Shown piece by piece: positions 60,378 to 64,000 of a DNA stretch of 64,000 nucleotides. The position numbers and the translations under genes are program-made. Under the pieces are notes generated by a model. It made no database searches. It saw nothing but the letters and a program-made list of their open reading frames with translations, and was not told the origin of the DNA. Origin of the DNA: a virus; IMG/VR virus record IMGVR_UViG_3300028584_001238, one strand, 5' to 3'. The stretch's first letter is position 1. Each line of letters opens with the position of its first letter.

Positions 60378-60887
60378 TTAAACGTTATGTCCACCCGCCC
60401 GAACTGCTTGAAGATGTTCTTCCAACATGGTGTAAGCACGAGCATATTTAACCATACGCTTCTGATCTTTTTCACGAAGACCTTTCAAACGAGTCACTTG
60501 ACTGTTATCACGAATATCAGACATCTTAACCAAGACGGCATCAATGTTTTCAAACATGCGACGAATATAGTTGTAGTAGCCTTCATCGCCAGCTTTCAAG
60601 TCATCTTCGGTCTTACTCATATACGACAAACCAATCAGAACACGTTCCGAGAAGCCATCACCACGAAGACGTTCAATAGTCCACTCTGGACAATCTTCAA
60701 TCACGTCATGAAGCACAGCAATCTGCATCACTTCTGGATCTTTACTTTCAAGACCATTCATAACACTAAGTGGGTGAAGGATATAGGCATTGTCGCCTTT
60801 GTCAAAATGACCAACATGAGCTGTCGCTGCAATCTGGATTGCTTTTGCAAGTTGCTGTTGCTGGAGTTTCTTAGTCTGGCCGCTCAT
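60378..60887 (-). CDS. HD-domain (p)ppGpp hydrolase-like protein (SpoT/Mesh1-like small alarmone hydrolase)
   Basis: AIQIAATAH.G..DK...YILHP, AVLHDVIED, VKMSD..DN. Confidence 0.8.
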   Translation of the reverse strand: MSGQTKKLQQQQLAKAIQIAATAHVGHFDKGDNAYILHPLSVMNGLESKDPEVMQIAVLHDVIEDCPEWTIERLRGDGFSERVLIGLSYMSKTEDDLKAGDEGYYNYIRRMFENIDAVLVKMSDIRDNSQVTRLKGLREKDQKRMVKYARAYTMLEEHLQAVRAGGHNV

Positions 60888-60995
60888 AATTGTATCCTCT
60901 ATTCCTGTTTAATGTGGGTTTAGTATAGCAAAGTAGTGGCTATATGGCAATATATTTTTTGTTATAACAAAACAGAATATACTAACAAAAAGGTA

Positions 60996-61316
60996 TTAAT
61001 CATCAATAACATTAAAGTCCATATTACGAATTTCAACCAAGGATTTTTGACGTGCCGAACGTTTTTCAATACGACGATTACGCACTTTTAATTTCGCCTT
61101 AGAGTAACGACGATATCCTTCTCGGATAACAACTTTGCAAACATCTTCTTTTGTAAAGTGTTCGTCTGCCAGCATTTTATTCAAATCTTCTTGATACAAT
61201 CGAATGGCATCAGTGCCTAACACTGGATCAGCCCGATAGATCTTGAAGTTAGCAGCAGCCTTTTTGAAAAGGCTATGATATTTCCAGTTGCGTTGGTTTT
61301 TAATTGTTTTAGACAT
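60996..61316 (-). CDS. basic hypothetical protein
   Basis: 106 aa, K/R-rich. Confidence 0.7.
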   Translation of the reverse strand: MSKTIKNQRNWKYHSLFKKAAANFKIYRADPVLGTDAIRLYQEDLNKMLADEHFTKEDVCKVVIREGYRRYSKAKLKVRNRRIEKRSARQKSLVEIRNMDFNVIDD

Positions 61317-61326
61317 TTTAAAACTC

Positions 61327-61722
61327 CTAGCAATCCAAGTCAGTGAATGTGAGTGGCATTATATCAGAAAATTTGTAAACTTTAAAGTCCCCATCCTTAT
61401 TAGACAAAATAACTTCGGTATCCGGCAGCAAGAACTCACTCATAATTTGACGGCAAGCCCCACAAGGTGGAAGTGGTTGGTTGGTGTCACCATTGATGGC
61501 GATACTGATGTAATCACCCTTACGGCAACCTTGCATATGAGCTACGCAAAAAGCAGTTCGCTCTGCACAGCAAGTCATCGAATAAGAAGCATTTTCAATG
61601 TTTGCACCCAAGAATACCCCTTTAGTAGTAAGCAATGCCACACCGACTGGAAATTTAGAGTAAGGGACATATGCCGATTGCTTGGCTTCCATAGATTTTT
61701 GTACAAGTTCCTTGTTATTCAT
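61327..61722 (-). CDS. cdd: cytidine deaminase (homotetrameric type)
   Basis: AYVPYSKFPVG, GANIENASY, CAERTA, PCGACRQ. Confidence 0.93.
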   Translation of the reverse strand: MNNKELVQKSMEAKQSAYVPYSKFPVGVALLTTKGVFLGANIENASYSMTCCAERTAFCVAHMQGCRKGDYISIAINGDTNQPLPPCGACRQIMSEFLLPDTEVILSNKDGDFKVYKFSDIMPLTFTDLDC

Positions 61723-61784
61723 TTTAATTCTCTCTGTTTTTGTTCAATATATCATAAAATTATGATTTGACAATATGGGTTTAA

Positions 61785-62531
61785 TTAGTAGCAAATCATT
61801 TCTTTTTTAAGTGTTTCAAAGAAATATTTACGAGCGTCTGCAGGCATATTTTTAAAATCATGTTTTACAATTCTAACCATGTCAGCATTAGCCGTTTTGA
61901 TCATTTCTTTCAACTCATTAAGACGTTGAATATAAATCACTTTTTCTTCTTCTGTTTTAGCATCACGAATACTTTGATTAATTGTAACTTTCTTCTTCTC
62001 TGCATTACGGATGGCATCACGAAGGCCAGTCACTTGCTTCACATAAGCAACCTTAATCTGGTTGATTTCAGTGCGTGAGAAAGAAGAACTCACCACAATA
62101 CCAAATGTAGCAATAAAGTTTTCCATCAGCGTGTAATGGTCAGGACACTCTTTGTTTTGTTCAACAAAAGCTTTCAACAAAACCTTAAAGTCTGGAACGG
62201 TGTATTCTCTCGAATATTCAACCTGTCCTTCTTTACTGAGCACTACACTCGCTCGAACAGTTTCTTCTTTCTTATAGTTAAAGCACAAGGCCATACTACG
62301 AGTGTGACGAACATGGCCTTTCTCATTATGACAAACTTCACCCAGAATGCCATAAACGGCCATGTAATCAAAAGTAACTGGATTAACAACAATCACTTCA
62401 CGATTATCTTCACTGCCCAAAGCAATAAAGTTTTTTGGACGGCCATTAAGACCAAAGAACGACAGCAAAGGAAATTCCTTCAATTTGTCGATTTCTGATT
62501 TCATGACGCTCATCGGTGTTTTAGCTTTCAT
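61785..62531 (-). CDS. hypothetical protein with a C-terminal coiled coil
   Basis: 248 aa; ends KKEMICY (possible MxxY tag). Confidence 0.8.
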   Translation of the reverse strand: MKAKTPMSVMKSEIDKLKEFPLLSFFGLNGRPKNFIALGSEDNREVIVVNPVTFDYMAVYGILGEVCHNEKGHVRHTRSMALCFNYKKEETVRASVVLSKEGQVEYSREYTVPDFKVLLKAFVEQNKECPDHYTLMENFIATFGIVVSSSFSRTEINQIKVAYVKQVTGLRDAIRNAEKKKVTINQSIRDAKTEEEKVIYIQRLNELKEMIKTANADMVRIVKHDFKNMPADARKYFFETLKKEMICY

Positions 62532-62640
62532 TTAATTTCGCTCTTGTTTAATATGGCATTATTATACCATAAAAAAACAACAAAAAAAAGAGGGCCAAAG
62601 CCCTCATTTATATTAAAATGCTTAAAATAGTGGTTATTTT

Positions 62641-63105
62641 TTATTCTTCGGTGTAGAAGTGAAAATACCAAACAGGGTAGCCGTTGCCCACATTACAACC
62701 TTTAAGAATTCGATACAGTTTCAATTTTGGATTTGAGTAGATGAGTTGAAGCATTTTCTCAACATCCTTGGGACGGCGTGAGTCAAAATACTGACCTTCA
62801 TTACCCCATACAGAGCGACAAGCCATGTTGTAGGCCAATGAATCGGCTTGAAACAAGCGATCACTATAAACACCACTCAGTGTATCCAGTTTTTCAATTT
62901 CTTTACGCTTCTCACCAAGAATGGCCCAAGTGCAACGAGTCGAAAACGAATAAGGATGATCATATTCAGTTCGCTCAATGACATTATTTTCAAAATCAAG
63001 TGAAATGAGTTTACCATCACTACCATAATTGGTATATGGGTTAATATAGTCATCGTTACTCATTTTGGACGCTGTGCGTTTCGTGGTCATCGAAAATAAC
63101 TCCAT
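62641..63105 (-). CDS. phage-type hypothetical protein
   Basis: YSDRLFQ...GCNVGNGYPVWYF. Confidence 0.75.
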   Translation of the reverse strand: MELFSMTTKRTASKMSNDDYINPYTNYGSDGKLISLDFENNVIERTEYDHPYSFSTRCTWAILGEKRKEIEKLDTLSGVYSDRLFQADSLAYNMACRSVWGNEGQYFDSRRPKDVEKMLQLIYSNPKLKLYRILKGCNVGNGYPVWYFHFYTEE

Positions 63106-63154
63106 TGATTTAAGTTAGGTCTATTGTAACATAAAATAAAGACTTGTGCAGCCT

Positions 63155-63526
63155 TTATTTTATCATGCTACGCAAAGAAGACAACAGAATGACAGCCGCC
63201 GAACCAGTGACAAATACATGCTGGTCATCCACGGAACTGATTTCCAAAGGGCTTTCACAAATCATTTCATAACCATGCTTCAAAAGCACTTCTTCGTCAG
63301 AAAGACGGGGTTTAACAGGCTCTTTGTCTTCATCTTCTTCACGAAGAGTTTCATAAAGGAATTGAAGGGCTTGGTAAGAATCAACAATGCTACACCCATC
63401 CAGTTGATGACGGAGATTAAAATGAAAACCATCAGTTTTCACATAAGTTTCTGAAAACCAATGTTTGGAGCGAAAATATTCGTCATGTTCTTCAAGTAGA
63501 TTTTTTGCTTTGTTCGCGTCAATCAT
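63155..63526 (-). CDS. hypothetical protein
   Basis: 123 aa; AGGAG RBS; ICESPLEI motif. Confidence 0.75.
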   Translation of the reverse strand: MIDANKAKNLLEEHDEYFRSKHWFSETYVKTDGFHFNLRHQLDGCSIVDSYQALQFLYETLREEDEDKEPVKPRLSDEEVLLKHGYEMICESPLEISSVDDQHVFVTGSAAVILLSSLRSMIK

Positions 63527-63534
63527 AGCATCTC

Positions 63535-63975
63535 CTAAATGTTTATCATTTTACGGATTAAGATATAATCATTAAGGTGCTGGATAGCTTCCTTCGTAGA
63601 TTTACAATTATACTCGGATTCATTGACAAAATCAAGAATGAATTTATCTATATTGTAAGAGCTGATGGGGTAACATTTTCGAAATTTAAATTCTGGAAAG
63701 TTAAACTCAACCAAAACACCTGATGAGGCTGAAAACGTTGAGAATGAGAACTTATGTCCAAGATAAGTTAATTCACAGACAAAATTACGGTTCAAAGAAC
63801 CACCAGACAAGATTTTACGCTCATTAAAAGCTTTATTTGTAAAAAAATCAATAAATATACTTTTGAAAACATGCTTAGAAACATTGTGTTCTTTTGACAT
63901 GTAAAGGTTGATGTAAGCTGCTTTTAACATGTTGTCTACATGCTTGGTTTGATTTTCATAATCGTTTACCAACAT
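63535..63975 (-). CDS. hypothetical protein with C-terminal MxxI tag (start uncertain, near window edge)
   Basis: Ends LIRKMINI. Confidence 0.65.
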   Translation of the reverse strand: MLVNDYENQTKHVDNMLKAAYINLYMSKEHNVSKHVFKSIFIDFFTNKAFNERKILSGGSLNRNFVCELTYLGHKFSFSTFSASSGVLVEFNFPEFKFRKCYPISSYNIDKFILDFVNESEYNCKSTKEAIQHLNDYILIRKMINI

Positions 63976-64000
63976 TTTATGAAGACTGAAACCATAGTCC

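Noticed and set aside
300-63454. Numerous antisense or nested ORFs in the track (e.g. 300..794, 6188..6856, 11913..12467, 14722..15384, 60387..60923, 61288..61770)
   Set aside because: Shadow frames of better-supported genes on the opposite strand; no RBS or promoter and atypical composition

Overview
AT-rich window densely packed with short, mostly hypothetical genes, many transcribed singly from near-consensus sigma70 promoters and closed by intrinsic terminators. It looks like the accessory region of a jumbo phage or giant plasmid-like element; no capsid, terminase, replication or conjugation hallmark is visible, so the replicon type cannot be fixed. Recognisable genes: signal peptidase I, cytidine deaminase and a second Zn-dependent deaminase, an HD-domain (p)ppGpp hydrolase-like protein, a KTSC protein, a SAM methyltransferase, a secreted Ig-like repeat protein, tRNA-Arg(CCG), and a TnpB-only IS607-like element that splits a Cys-rich gene. 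Two unexplained signals stand out. (1) A separately transcribed ~355-nt structured RNA (22258-22612, minus) reproduces the 23S rRNA GTPase-associated centre (H43/H44, uL11 site) around a ~250-nt insert and is followed by a D-arm-less tRNA-like element with a CUA loop and encoded CCA. (2) About 21 otherwise diverse proteins share a C-terminal M-x-x-I/Y/C tag, suggesting a common sorting or docking system.
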